From assembly GCA_021803945.1 (NCBI GenBank), contig JAJZKW010000006.1:1-49479 (forward strand): DNA of 49,479 bases. The letters are read 5' to 3'. Positions 33,520 through 43,488 of this stretch are shown in pieces. Origin of the DNA: Candidatus Micrarchaeota archaeon (GTDB taxonomy: Archaea; Micrarchaeota; Micrarchaeia; Micrarchaeales; CABMGC01). The notes beneath the pieces are model-generated. The model did no database searches and was not told the origin of the DNA. It saw nothing but the letters and a program-made list of their open reading frames with translations. The translations under genes and the position numbers were made by a program. Each line of letters begins with the position of its first letter. Position 1 is the stretch's first letter.

Positions 33520-34332
33520 CTACTGCTCAAGTATCCACCTGCCTGCCTCTTTCAGGTCAGCGAAGATTCTGTCAGGCTTCTCAAGCTCTATGTGCTGCCT
33601 AAGCCCCATCCCGCTCAGCACCGAAACCGAGATGCACCTTGCATCCTTTGCGGCCCTTACGTCTATCACAGTGTCTCCAACATACGCTATTTTCCCAGGC
33701 TTGACTCCGGAGACTGAGGAGAGGAGCTTCAGGCCTTCGCCGGACGGCTTTGAGGCCTTCACATCCTCAGGGGTTATCACAGCCTCGAATTTTTTTATCA
33801 TCCCTTCCGGCAGGTCCTTCTTCACGGATTCGAGGCTTGAGTTGGTCACTATCGCAAGCCTCTTGCCGCCCTTCAGGAACCTTGAGAGCATCGCCGCCAC
33901 TCCAGGATACACGTGCGTCAGCTTCGCTGAGCTATCGGACCTGAACTTCGCGACGTAAGCGGATACCATGGCGTTCATGTTGCCGCGTATATCGTCGTGC
34001 GGCTCGCTGTCAACGATATCCATTATATGGTCCTCGGCGTCGGCCCTGGATATCAGATCGCTGACATCCTTCGCGTTCCCTGTCTTGAGCAATACAGCTA
34101 TCGCCATAAGCGAAAGCCTCTTGCTGTTGAATTTGCCAAGCCCCTTGAAATGCCACAGCTCCTTAACAGTGAAGCTTTTTCCGAATTCGCCATCAAGCCC
34201 CACCTCCTTCAGCGCTGTTCTGTGGCACTCATAAACCAGCTCTGAAGCGTCCCTAAGCACCCCGTCCACATCAAGCGCTACGAGATCTATCCTTGTCATA
34301 ACATACTTCTCCATTATCCAGTATTTATGCAT
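33520..34332 (-). CDS. HAD-superfamily hydrolase (phosphoglycolate phosphatase-like)
   Basis: LVALDVDGVLRD, LAIVTNSS, SKPSGE and YVGDTVIDVRAA. Alternative starts at 34314 or 34299. Confidence 0.8.
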   Translation of the reverse strand: MHKYWIMEKYVMTRIDLVALDVDGVLRDASELVYECHRTALKEVGLDGEFGKSFTVKELWHFKGLGKFNSKRLSLMAIAVLLKTGNAKDVSDLISRADAEDHIMDIVDSEPHDDIRGNMNAMVSAYVAKFRSDSSAKLTHVYPGVAAMLSRFLKGGKRLAIVTNSSLESVKKDLPEGMIKKFEAVITPEDVKASKPSGEGLKLLSSVSGVKPGKIAYVGDTVIDVRAAKDARCISVSVLSGMGLRQHIELEKPDRIFADLKEAGRWILEQ

Positions 34333-34410
34333 TGCTATGAAAAAGTGCCGGCGGCAAGCACGCTACCATTTTTATTACTTTCCCACGATATATAAAGAAG
34401 GCGAACACTC

Positions 34411-35478
34411 ATGCCAGATATACTGTCCCAGGACGACGAAGAGCTTTTGAAGTTTATAGAGTCTGCAAAGCCGAAGATATATGTGGTAGGGGCAGGAGGC
34501 AGCGGATCCAACACTGCCACAAGGATGTCGGAGCTGAACATAGACGGCGCGTCTGTCATAGCCATGAATACCGATGCCCCTCACCTTGCAAGGACCAAGT
34601 CGCACAGGAAAGTACTGCTTGGGAAGAAGACAACAAGGGGATTGGGCGCAGGGAGCGACCCAAAGATAGGCGAGGATTCTGCATTGGAGAGCAAGGAGGA
34701 CATAAGGCACATGCTTAGCGACGCGCAGCTCGTCTTTGTCACGTGCGGGCTGGGAGGGGGAACAGGCACAGGCTCCGCTCCTATAATTGCGCACGAGTCC
34801 AAGGAGCTCGGGGCGCTGACAGTAGGAGTCGTAACTCTGCCATTCTCGAGCGAGGGCAGGCCGAGGATGAGGAACGCACTTGAAGGCCTCGCGAAGCTCA
34901 AGAGGATGACGGACACAACAATAATAATACCTAACGACAAGCTGCTCACAGTGGCGCCTGACCTGCCGTTGAACATGGCCTTCAAGATAAGCGACGAGAT
35001 ACTGGCGAACGCGACGAAAGGGATAATAGAGATGGTGACAAAGCCTGGCATGGTAAACCTTGACTTCGCGGACCTGAAGAGCGTGCTGAAGGATTCCGGC
35101 TATGCTGTGATCGGGATGGGCGAGGCGAACTCTGGCCAGTCAAACGACAGGGCAGTGATAGCGATCGAGAACACGCTAAGGAGCCCTCTTCTCGATGTTG
35201 ACATCTCCACAGCAAAAAAGGCGCTTGTCAATATAGTCGGGGGCGAAGACCTCACGCTGAGGGAGGCGGAGAGCGTATTCCAGAACGTCTCAAGCCGCAT
35301 AAGCCCAGACGCGCTGCTCAAGTGGGGAGCAAGGATAGAGCCGAAGATGCAGAAGAGCACGATGAAGGTGATGGTGGTCCTCAGCGGCGTGGAGTTCCCG
35401 AACTATACTGAGGAGGGAATAAAGAAGGCAGTGGATGAAAGCAAGGAATTCGACCTGGACAAGATATTCGATGACTGA
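34411..35478 (+). CDS. ftsZ: cell division GTPase FtsZ
   Basis: VVGAGGSGSNTATRM, tubulin signature GLGGGTGTGSAPIIA, VTLPFSSEG, NLDFADLKSVL. Confidence 0.95.
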   Translation: MPDILSQDDEELLKFIESAKPKIYVVGAGGSGSNTATRMSELNIDGASVIAMNTDAPHLARTKSHRKVLLGKKTTRGLGAGSDPKIGEDSALESKEDIRHMLSDAQLVFVTCGLGGGTGTGSAPIIAHESKELGALTVGVVTLPFSSEGRPRMRNALEGLAKLKRMTDTTIIIPNDKLLTVAPDLPLNMAFKISDEILANATKGIIEMVTKPGMVNLDFADLKSVLKDSGYAVIGMGEANSGQSNDRAVIAIENTLRSPLLDVDISTAKKALVNIVGGEDLTLREAESVFQNVSSRISPDALLKWGARIEPKMQKSTMKVMVVLSGVEFPNYTEEGIKKAVDESKEFDLDKIFDD

Positions 35479-35479
35479 A

Positions 35480-35674
35480 ATGAAATTCAACCCCGTCAGT
35501 TCAATAAAAAGCATGTATTCGGACTCAAAGCACGTCATGAGCGTCAGCTACAAGCCCGACATAGAGACGTTCAAGAGGACGCTCAAGGTAGTGCTGATAG
35601 GCATAATACTCCTGGGCATACTAGGATTCATAATCTACCTGATAATAAATAACCTTATACTTGCCTCCCCATAG
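35480..35674 (+). CDS. secE: protein translocase subunit SecE/Sec61-gamma
   Basis: 64 aa. YKPDIETFKRTLKVVLIGIILLGILGFIIYLI (KP..eF plus a single TM). Position right after ftsZ is typical. Alternative ATG at 35471. Confidence 0.75.
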   Translation: MKFNPVSSIKSMYSDSKHVMSVSYKPDIETFKRTLKVVLIGIILLGILGFIIYLIINNLILASP

Positions 35675-35703
35675 TAGATCGGCGAAGCATTACAAGTGTT
35701 CAG

Positions 35704-36483
35704 ATGAAAATAGAGATAGATTACACCAGGTCTGCACAGGACAACGCTGACCAATACTTCAAGCTCTCTAAGAAGCTCAAGAAGAAGGCCGAGGGCGCGG
35801 CGATTGCGATAAGGGACCTGGAGCTCAAAAGGAAGGAGATAGGGAGCATACAGCCGAAGCAGGCCAAGATAAAGAAGATAGCAGAGAAGAAGTGGTATGA
35901 GAAGTTCAACTGGTTCACAACGAGCAGCAAAGAGCTGGTGATAGGCGGGAAGAGCGCCATACAGAACGAGATCATAAACGCGCGCCACTTCGAATCCAAT
36001 GACCTGTTTTTCCATGCGGACGTATTCGGAGCCTCTGCAGTAATCCTAAAGGGCGGTATAAGCGCGCCAAGAGAGATAAGGGAGGAGGCCGCGCAGTTTG
36101 CCGTCTGCTTTTCCAAGGCATGGGAGAACGGCATGGCCGCTGCGAATGCGTACTCGCTTAGGAGGGACCAGGTCTCGAAGTCAAGGGAGAAGGGCTCGCT
36201 CGGAACAGGCAGCTTCCTGCTCCAGGGGGAGAGGGAGTGGTTCAAGGGGGTGTCGCTTGAGCTGTGCGCATATGCACCCAGGGAGGAGGGGCAGCCCCAG
36301 ATCTGCATATCTCCTATGTCAACAGGCATTGCGCTAGGGATAAAGAGATACATACTGCTCAAGCCAGGCAGTATAAAGAAATCAGACGCAGCGAAGGCGA
36401 TAGCAACGAAGCTCAGGTTTGAAGACATAGATTATGTGATGCAGCACCTGCCCCCTGGCAGCTTCTCTATCAGGGACATATAA
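35704..36483 (+). CDS. NFACT-R (DUF814) domain protein, short form lacking the NFACT-N module
   Basis: WYEKFNWFTTSSKELVIGGKSAIQNEIINARHFESNDLFFHADVFGASAVILKGG matches the DUF814/NFACT-R consensus. A Lys-rich coiled coil precedes it. Only 259 aa. Confidence 0.75.
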   Translation: MKIEIDYTRSAQDNADQYFKLSKKLKKKAEGAAIAIRDLELKRKEIGSIQPKQAKIKKIAEKKWYEKFNWFTTSSKELVIGGKSAIQNEIINARHFESNDLFFHADVFGASAVILKGGISAPREIREEAAQFAVCFSKAWENGMAAANAYSLRRDQVSKSREKGSLGTGSFLLQGEREWFKGVSLELCAYAPREEGQPQICISPMSTGIALGIKRYILLKPGSIKKSDAAKAIATKLRFEDIDYVMQHLPPGSFSIRDI

Positions 36484-36512
36484 TCGTTGGATATCCGGAG
36501 CAGAAGGAATCG

Positions 36513-37040
36513 CTACTCCTTTTTCTCCTTCTCCCTTTCCATGGCCTTTTTTATGAATTCGTAAGCTCGCTCCGCGCCGTCCCATCCTTCCACCTTGGCC
36601 CACTTCCCTGGCTCTATGCTCTTGTAGTAGGAGAAGAAATGGCCTATCAGCGCCTTTATGTGCTCGTTCAGGTCTCCGGCATCCTTGACTCCTGCGAAGT
36701 CCGGGTCTATCTTCTCCATGGGCACTGCCATGATCTTCGTGTCGATCCCTTCCTCATCTTTCATCAGTAGCACCCCTACAGGCCTGGCCATCACCGTAGT
36801 CCCAGGCGCGAAAGAGCCGTTGCTTATGACCATTATGTCGAGAGGGTCGCCATCCTCTCCAAGTGTGCCGGGTATAAACCCGTAATTATAGGGATAGTAC
36901 ATCGCAGTATGCAGTATCCTGTCCGCCTTTATGAATCCCGTCTTCTCATCGTACTCGTACTTCACGCTGCTGCCTTTCGGTATCTCTATGAACGCCCTTA
37001 CACTCTTAGGCGCGTCTGCCCCAGCATCTAGTTTAAGCAT
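36513..37040 (-). CDS. ppa: inorganic pyrophosphatase (family I)
   Basis: IEIPKGSSVKYEYD, YPYNYGFIPGTLGEDGDPLDIMV, DTKIMAVP. Confidence 0.95.
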   Translation of the reverse strand: MLKLDAGADAPKSVRAFIEIPKGSSVKYEYDEKTGFIKADRILHTAMYYPYNYGFIPGTLGEDGDPLDIMVISNGSFAPGTTVMARPVGVLLMKDEEGIDTKIMAVPMEKIDPDFAGVKDAGDLNEHIKALIGHFFSYYKSIEPGKWAKVEGWDGAERAYEFIKKAMEREKEKKE

Positions 37041-37158
37041 GCTATCACACTTACCCTATAATGATAAGAAATATTTATAAATTCAAATGTCGCTCCTGCG
37101 CCTGTTTTTTGCGGCACGAAATCAAAAGCTTTAAAACCCTTTTTTATCATAACTAACT

Positions 37159-38784
37159 ATGCAGACCAAGTATGTTGTTGTGTTAGGCTCACTCATGAGC
37201 GGACTCGGCAAAGGAGTCGTAACATCGTCCATACTCAAGCTTCTCGATTTCTACGGATACAAGGTCTTCCCGGTAAAATTCGACGGATACCTGAACTATG
37301 ACTGCGGGACAATGAACCCATATCAGCATGGCGAGGTCTTTGTCCTTGACGACAAGAGCGAAGTCGACATGGATTTCGGGATCTATGAAAGGTTCCTGAA
37401 CAAGAGCCTTACAGGAGACCTGTCAATAACCGGCGGAAAGCTCTTCAGCACAATAACCTCGAAGGAGAGGCAGGGGGAGTACCTTGGCGAGGACATACAG
37501 ATAATACCGCACCTTACAAACGACATAATAAAGAGGATAGAGGGCATATCGGAAGCGAAGAGGCCCGACGTCCTTGTGATAGAGGTCGGCGGGACTGTCG
37601 GAGACATAGAGAACAGCTACTTCATAGAGGCAATGAGGCAGCTCTCCCTAAAGCACGACGTGGTCTTCGTGAACCTCACATATGTCCACGATCTCAAGCT
37701 TACCGGGGAGCAGAAAACAAAGCCCGCGCAGATAGGCCTAAGGCTGCTACTTCAGGACGGGATAAGGCCCAACTTCCTGATATGCAGGGCTTCATCAAAG
37801 CTGCTGGAAAGCACAAAGGAGAAGCTGGCAATGTTCGCCAACCTGAACAAGGAGAGGGTGATAGACGATTCGGATCTGCTTACGCTTTACAGCCTGCCCC
37901 TGCAGTTCATGAAGCAGGATTTCGACAGGCTATTGATAAAGGACCTTGGCCTGGCCCCAAGGTCTCCTGACAGGAAAAAGATATCTGCCTGGAAGATGAA
38001 GGTGGACAGGATAATAAGCCCAAAGCGCGAAGCCACGATTGCGGTTGTCGGCAAGTACACGTCCATGAGGGACGCGTATGCGAGCGTAAAGGAGGCGCTT
38101 GTTCACTCAGGCGCAGAAGCTGACTCAAAGATCAACATAAAGTGGGTAGAGTCCACAGATTTCGAATCAAGGCTTCCGGATTTCTCGGCTTTCAGGGACG
38201 TCGACGGTGTGATTGTGACCGGAGGGTTCGGGACAAGGGGAATAGAGGGGATGGTCAACATAATAAGGCATTCCAGGGAGAACGGCCTGCCATATCTCGG
38301 CCTCTGCCTGGGCATGCAGCTCATGGCCGTTGAGTTCGCAAGGAACGTGTGCGGGCTCAGGGGCGCTAATTCATCGGAGTTCGACAAGGGTGCGAAGTAC
38401 AAGATAATAGATCTCCTCCCGTCGCAGAGGAAGATAGACAAGATGGGAGGCACGATGCGCCTCGGCTCGCAGGAATGCGACGTTGTGGACAAGGACACCA
38501 TAACATACAGGTCTTACAAGAGCATGGCAATACGTGAAAGGCATAGGCACAGGTACGAGTTCAACAATAAATTCAAGAAGACACTCATGGCAAAGGGCCT
38601 TAAGGTGGCTGCTGTCAACAGGCAGTTCAACCTGGTCGAGTTCATAGAATGGCCAGTCGGGTTCGGAGTGGCCACGCAGTCCCATCCAGAGCTCAAGTCA
38701 AGGCTGGAGACCCCGTCGCCCCTCTTCGTGAGCCTTGTCGAAGCAGCAGTCAGCCATCACGAGAGGAAAGATTTGAAGAGATAG
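37159..38784 (+). CDS. pyrG: CTP synthase
   Basis: KYVVVLGSLMSGLGKG, VIEVGGTVGDIE, glutaminase domain GLCLGMQL and HRHRYEFN. Confidence 0.97.
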   Translation: MQTKYVVVLGSLMSGLGKGVVTSSILKLLDFYGYKVFPVKFDGYLNYDCGTMNPYQHGEVFVLDDKSEVDMDFGIYERFLNKSLTGDLSITGGKLFSTITSKERQGEYLGEDIQIIPHLTNDIIKRIEGISEAKRPDVLVIEVGGTVGDIENSYFIEAMRQLSLKHDVVFVNLTYVHDLKLTGEQKTKPAQIGLRLLLQDGIRPNFLICRASSKLLESTKEKLAMFANLNKERVIDDSDLLTLYSLPLQFMKQDFDRLLIKDLGLAPRSPDRKKISAWKMKVDRIISPKREATIAVVGKYTSMRDAYASVKEALVHSGAEADSKINIKWVESTDFESRLPDFSAFRDVDGVIVTGGFGTRGIEGMVNIIRHSRENGLPYLGLCLGMQLMAVEFARNVCGLRGANSSEFDKGAKYKIIDLLPSQRKIDKMGGTMRLGSQECDVVDKDTITYRSYKSMAIRERHRHRYEFNNKFKKTLMAKGLKVAAVNRQFNLVEFIEWPVGFGVATQSHPELKSRLETPSPLFVSLVEAAVSHHERKDLKR

Positions 38785-39464
38785 GCTCCCTGCCTGAAGC
38801 CTGCCTTCGACGCTCCATGCTTCCTGATCCCGAAGGAGTAAGGGACTTCAGATATCCTTATACTATCCCGCTTCATGCACTTGAGGAAGTCGAACAGCAC
38901 CTTGTATCCTCCAGTCACAAACCTCCTGCGGTTGAGCGAATATGTACTACTGAATAGGCGCCTGTCGACACCGAAGAACCCGGAGAAGATATCATTTGAT
39001 CTCTCGCTGCGCCTGAGCAGCATGACCATGTAGCCAAGGCTGATAAGCATCTTCGATATCATCTTCCTGTGAAGCGCCCAGCCCTTCACCTCTGCCCGTA
39101 CTGCGATTGCAAGGTCCGCCCCTCCTTCAAGCTCCTTTGCGATCTTCCCGACAACTTCTGGAGGGTGCTGGAGATCGGCGTCCATGACTACGACAAACCT
39201 CGTCCTTGCTGCCGATATACCGTCAACCACGCTTCCTGTAAGCCCCTTCTCCAGGCGCGCCGCGGCCCTGTCTATGAGTCTGACCCTTCGGCTTCTCCCA
39301 GAGGCAGTTTTAACGTCTTCCACAGTGCTGTCGCGCGATCCGTCGTCCACCACTATCACGTGTATCCCGCCGTAAAGCTTTAGGAGCCTGCGTATGAGCA
39401 TGCCAATGCTCTTCCCTTCGTTCAGGGTAGGCAGCACCACTGTGAAATCATCGTAATCCATCAA
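38757..39464 (-). CDS. GT2-family glycosyltransferase, polyprenol/dolichol-phosphate hexose synthase-like (module a)
   Basis: VVLPTLNE, VIVVDDGSRDST, VVMDADLQHPP. Its 3' end overlaps the convergent pyrG by 28 nt. 4-nt overlap with the upstream flippase gene. Confidence 0.8.
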   Translation of the reverse strand: MMDYDDFTVVLPTLNEGKSIGMLIRRLLKLYGGIHVIVVDDGSRDSTVEDVKTASGRSRRVRLIDRAAARLEKGLTGSVVDGISAARTRFVVVMDADLQHPPEVVGKIAKELEGGADLAIAVRAEVKGWALHRKMISKMLISLGYMVMLLRRSERSNDIFSGFFGVDRRLFSSTYSLNRRRFVTGGYKVLFDFLKCMKRDSIRISEVPYSFGIRKHGASKAGFRQGAYLFKSFLS

Positions 39465-41083
39465 GACCTGACCCTGTGCATAAGCGATCTGTTAAGGCAT
39501 TCAGAGTAGTCCACAAGTATGCCCATTATCCTTCCAAGCATGCCAAGCTTTTCTGCAGTGAGCCTCATATATGCTATGTCCTTCATGTCAACCGCCTTAA
39601 GAAGCGTAAGTATTATTGGATAGACCACTATCAAGGCAGCAAGGCCCACGGCGATCTGTATTATGTATCTCAGGTCAGGCGACAGAGCCAGGAGATACGC
39701 TCCGCTTGCATACAGCCATGCCATGATCAGCGCCCAGATCAGAATGCTCGATATGTACAGCAATGCCATGTTCCTGTAATCAAGCGCGAGCCCGAACCTC
39801 CTCTTCGTCTCGACCGCGAACATAGCCGCCCTAACAAGGTTGCCTGCAAAATATATCGAGACTATGGCTCCGATTATCTGGACAGACGGCACAAGCGCAA
39901 TGAGCAGTACCAGCTGGACCGCAGCTGAGACCAGGTTCACTTTAAGCACGCTCTTTGTATGGCTCCCTGATATGAGAAGGTTGCTCGTGTATACCCCGAA
40001 TATGCCTATCATGGTGCCAATGGCCATAAGAGCCAGGTAAAGCGGCGCAGTGCTGAAACTGCTTGAGACAAGGAGATAGAGCCCCGGGACGGCCATCGCC
40101 CCCACAAACACTATCATCGGCAGCGTGAGCATAAGGCTGAATCTTATTATTGCATTGTATGTCCTGTTCACCTCCTCGGGCCTCTTCATCGCCCTTGCAG
40201 TGGTAAACGTTGTCAGCACGCCCATAGCGAAGGAGCCGTACACTATAGAGAGCAGTGTAAGGCCCCTGTTTGCCGCTCCGTAGTTTCCAAGCGCGGCGGT
40301 CATGACATAAAAGCCCAGGAGAAGTACAGAGAAGCTCTGCATACCGGTGTTGAGGAAGTTGTTTGCAGCCAGAGGAGTTGCAAAGGACAGGACATCCCTG
40401 AGCTCCTGCCTTGAAGGCAGGCGTATCCTGAACTTAACGTACCTCGATACCGAGATGTATATGAAATAGGCAGTGATCACTGCTCCTACAGCATATCCTA
40501 TCAGCATGGCCTCCACAGATCCGTTTATGCCGTACTCAATCGTGAGTATTATGCTGAGCGCGAGCTGTACGATGTCAACGACTATGTTAGATATGGCTGC
40601 CAGCCCTGCGCGCGACAGCCCTACAAGCCCATTGACAGCCGCAGTGTTCGCCATCAGGAAGAATATCATTGCTGATGCGAGCTCAAGCGTTATGGGCTGT
40701 ACTCCTATGTTCGGGAACAGACCTGCGACATAGCCGCTTATGGCGATGCCGAACAGGCTCAGCGCCATCCCTACTGCCATCACTATCGCGTATCCTGATG
40801 AGAGCACCTTCAGCATGCCTCTTCCATCCTTTTTGTAATGAAGGGCAGCCAGCTGCCTGTTCCAGTACGTCCCTATGCCAAACGCTGCAACTGCGTTTAC
40901 AAGCGCCGAGAACCCGAAAGCGAATACGTATATCCCGTACCGCGAAGGTCCGAGTATGCGTGTGACTGCAATGAAGGTTGCCGCAGTAAGCAGAAGCCCC
41001 AAAAACTGGCCGACAAACAAAGGATATATGAGCTTCGCGGCCCTCGACCCCATGTTCTCGCCCGTTTCAGTATGCATCCCCAA
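39461..41083 (-). CDS. MOP-superfamily (Wzx-like) oligo/polysaccharide flippase
   Basis: About 14 hydrophobic helices. N-terminal AAKLIYPLFVGQFLGLLLTAATFIAVTRILGPSRYGIY is typical of the polysaccharide biosynthesis protein family. Alternative start at 41053. Confidence 0.75.
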   Translation of the reverse strand: MGMHTETGENMGSRAAKLIYPLFVGQFLGLLLTAATFIAVTRILGPSRYGIYVFAFGFSALVNAVAAFGIGTYWNRQLAALHYKKDGRGMLKVLSSGYAIVMAVGMALSLFGIAISGYVAGLFPNIGVQPITLELASAMIFFLMANTAAVNGLVGLSRAGLAAISNIVVDIVQLALSIILTIEYGINGSVEAMLIGYAVGAVITAYFIYISVSRYVKFRIRLPSRQELRDVLSFATPLAANNFLNTGMQSFSVLLLGFYVMTAALGNYGAANRGLTLLSIVYGSFAMGVLTTFTTARAMKRPEEVNRTYNAIIRFSLMLTLPMIVFVGAMAVPGLYLLVSSSFSTAPLYLALMAIGTMIGIFGVYTSNLLISGSHTKSVLKVNLVSAAVQLVLLIALVPSVQIIGAIVSIYFAGNLVRAAMFAVETKRRFGLALDYRNMALLYISSILIWALIMAWLYASGAYLLALSPDLRYIIQIAVGLAALIVVYPIILTLLKAVDMKDIAYMRLTAEKLGMLGRIMGILVDYSECLNRSLMHRVRS

Positions 41084-41170
41084 TCTCCAAAAGACATATA
41101 AAAATAAACATTTATATTATCGCATACGTAACCTTGTCTTTGAAAGTGGGGCGCAAAAGGGCGGATTTGT

Positions 41171-43387
41171 TTGAAGCAGAAAATTGCAGACTACCTGATA
41201 TCCAGGAAGCATTACCTAAAGGCGTTTGCAGTATATCTCCTGATCTCCCTTGTGATGTTCTGGCAGGTGACAATAAACCTCTTCAGTTATGTTGTCAATG
41301 GGTATGGGGATGTCTACCAGTCCCTCTTCAACCTCTGGTGGGTGCCGCATGCCGTCTTCTCGCTGCACCAGTCCCCGTATTTCACAGGCCTCCTCTTCTA
41401 TCCGATCGGAGCCAACCTTGTCACGCAGACGCTCACCCCGTTGGCCGGCCTGCTCACGCTTCCCCTTCAGCTGATAAGCGGAGCATTCGCCTATAATGCG
41501 CTCTTCTTCAGCAGCTTCGCGCTCTCAGGCGTATTCATGTTCGCCCTGTCAAACTACTTCGTGAAGAACAAATATGCCTCTTTCCTTGCAGGGCTGGTCT
41601 TCGCCTTCGCCCCAATGCACATAGCGCAGGCGTACGGCCATCTTGACTGGACCATAATCGAGTGGGTGCCCCTCTTCCTCCTGCTTTACATAAAGACGAT
41701 AGACGAGAAGAAGCTCAAATATGCAGCGTTTGCATCCATAAGCTTCGTCCTGCTGACGTTCATGGGTGACATCGAGCAGGGGATAATGGTCTTCTTCGCG
41801 ACAATAGTCTTTACCCTATTATACCTCCTTCTCGACCGCAGGAAGCTGCTCAATAGGGGAACAATCATGAATCTCGGGGCATTCGCAGTGCTCACGCTGA
41901 TATTTTCTTCCCCATTCATAATCGCAATGCTGCCCTACCTGGGCAGCGGTGCCTTCTCAGCAGCGCAGCAGAACTCCGGGGTGACAAGCAGCATGATGTG
42001 GAGCAACAATCTACTCTCATTCCTCCTGCCGAGCTATTATAACGGCATATTCAACTCCGCAGCCCAGTCGTACACAGCGCAGCTCTACGGCCTGACCTAC
42101 AAGGGGATAACGTACCAGATAGACATAGGCGACAGGGTCTCCTTCATAGGCTATACTGTCCTTGCGCTTGTCCTGATCGCGCTCTACTTCGACCTGAAGA
42201 GGAACAGGCTCAGGCACCTGTCCATATGGCTTATACTCGGCATAGTCTTCGCCTGGCTATCCCTCGGCCCATACCTGCAGGTAGGCAGCGTGGTGACGGG
42301 CGTGCCAACCATATACATGCTCTACAGGGCGGTCCCGATATTGAATATAATACGCGAGCCAGGGCGATTCGACCTCATAGTCACGATATGCCTTGCAATG
42401 ATGGCAGCCTTCGGCTTCGACCAGCTTGTAAGGGACAGGGGCAGGAAGTACGCATTCAACATGCTGCTTGTCCTGTCAGTGCTCATACTCATAGAGTACA
42501 ACGGCATGCCCCTCTCCCAGGCATTCGCAAGCCAGCTAATAACCTCGACGCACATACCAAGGGCCTACACAGAGATTGGTAAGATACCTGGAAACTTCTC
42601 GGTCCTGATACTGCCGGCCCTGCTGAACTCGTCCAACGCTCCGGCCAGGTTCCCCGGCCTCTCCACATACTATGTCTCAGCGCTGCAGAAGCCGATAATC
42701 GGAGGCTATACGAGCAGGGAGACGTACAACCAGTCAGTCTCTGTCAGCGCAGTGCCCCTTATCCAATCCGCTTCATACCTCGAGCAGGGCTTCGGGCTCA
42801 TATATCCGTCACCGATAAACGAGAACTTCAGCAACGTCACCCTGCTGTGGCTTGCAAACTACAATACTGAATTCGTCTCTGTCACAAGGTCTGCATACGA
42901 TGCATCTGGGCAGGCTGCGCTATACGCGTACCTGACGGGCCTCTTCGGGCAGGCGGTGTACCAGAGCAATTCCACATTCGTCTTCTCAACCGCAAACGCA
43001 ATACGGGCAAAGGCCGCAAAATCGCTTGTCGCGTACACAATGGGGAACTGGACTCCTGGATACTCCTTCTGCAGCTCGTACCAGTGCAACCGCACCCTCG
43101 CAAGCGAGTGGTGGGGCCCTAATCCAAGGCTATTGATAATCTTCTCTCCGAAGGTGGACAATGTCAGGATGTCGTTCACTTCACTGGCACTGGCTCCTAA
43201 CACAACGCTCGGCCTGTACCTGAACAACAATCCGGTACAGAACCTGATGCTGCACCAGTCCCCGACAGGATACTCGGTGAATATGACCCTGCCGCAGGGA
43301 TTCAGTCAGCTCGTCTTCTATTCCAAGTCTGCCCCTGTCCAGCCATACCTGACATTCGGAGTAGAGAACATAACCTTCTCCCGCTGA
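41171..43387 (+). CDS. 738-aa polytopic membrane protein with C-terminal exodomain, GT-C-like (paralog A); function unknown
   Basis: About 12-13 N-terminal helices. First-loop motif GDVYQSLFNLWW. Blocks YPIGANLV, FAFAPMHIAQAYGHLDWT, REPGRFD, LIEYNGMP, IIGGYTSRE, SPINEN, and terminal GVENITFS. The TTG start is supported by alignment to paralog B. Confidence 0.6.
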   Translation: MKQKIADYLISRKHYLKAFAVYLLISLVMFWQVTINLFSYVVNGYGDVYQSLFNLWWVPHAVFSLHQSPYFTGLLFYPIGANLVTQTLTPLAGLLTLPLQLISGAFAYNALFFSSFALSGVFMFALSNYFVKNKYASFLAGLVFAFAPMHIAQAYGHLDWTIIEWVPLFLLLYIKTIDEKKLKYAAFASISFVLLTFMGDIEQGIMVFFATIVFTLLYLLLDRRKLLNRGTIMNLGAFAVLTLIFSSPFIIAMLPYLGSGAFSAAQQNSGVTSSMMWSNNLLSFLLPSYYNGIFNSAAQSYTAQLYGLTYKGITYQIDIGDRVSFIGYTVLALVLIALYFDLKRNRLRHLSIWLILGIVFAWLSLGPYLQVGSVVTGVPTIYMLYRAVPILNIIREPGRFDLIVTICLAMMAAFGFDQLVRDRGRKYAFNMLLVLSVLILIEYNGMPLSQAFASQLITSTHIPRAYTEIGKIPGNFSVLILPALLNSSNAPARFPGLSTYYVSALQKPIIGGYTSRETYNQSVSVSAVPLIQSASYLEQGFGLIYPSPINENFSNVTLLWLANYNTEFVSVTRSAYDASGQAALYAYLTGLFGQAVYQSNSTFVFSTANAIRAKAAKSLVAYTMGNWTPGYSFCSSYQCNRTLASEWWGPNPRLLIIFSPKVDNVRMSFTSLALAPNTTLGLYLNNNPVQNLMLHQSPTGYSVNMTLPQGFSQLVFYSKSAPVQPYLTFGVENITFSR

Positions 43388-43488
43388 AACCTGCGAGGAC
43401 AACAGGTGTTTTTGTAGATAAACTTTAAATACATTGTCCAGGTCAATAGCATCTGCGACCAAAGATCTGGTAGCAGGTTTGGGTAAGA

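Noticed and set aside
35721-36428. 235-aa ORF antisense to the NFACT-R gene. Similar long shadows occur at 5202..5807, 22314..22946, 45229..45882 and 45843..46469
   Set aside because: All lie opposite genes with strong family motifs and show Ser/Leu/Pro-rich composition with no recognisable domains. Long antisense ORFs are expected at this GC content.
38757-38784. 28-nt convergent overlap between the pyrG 3' end and the GT2 (module a) 3' end, considered as a possible mis-called stop or frameshift
   Set aside because: Both reading frames run uninterrupted to their stops, and both C-termini extend past the last recognisable family motifs. The overlap is plausible in a compact genome, so no pseudogene call was made.
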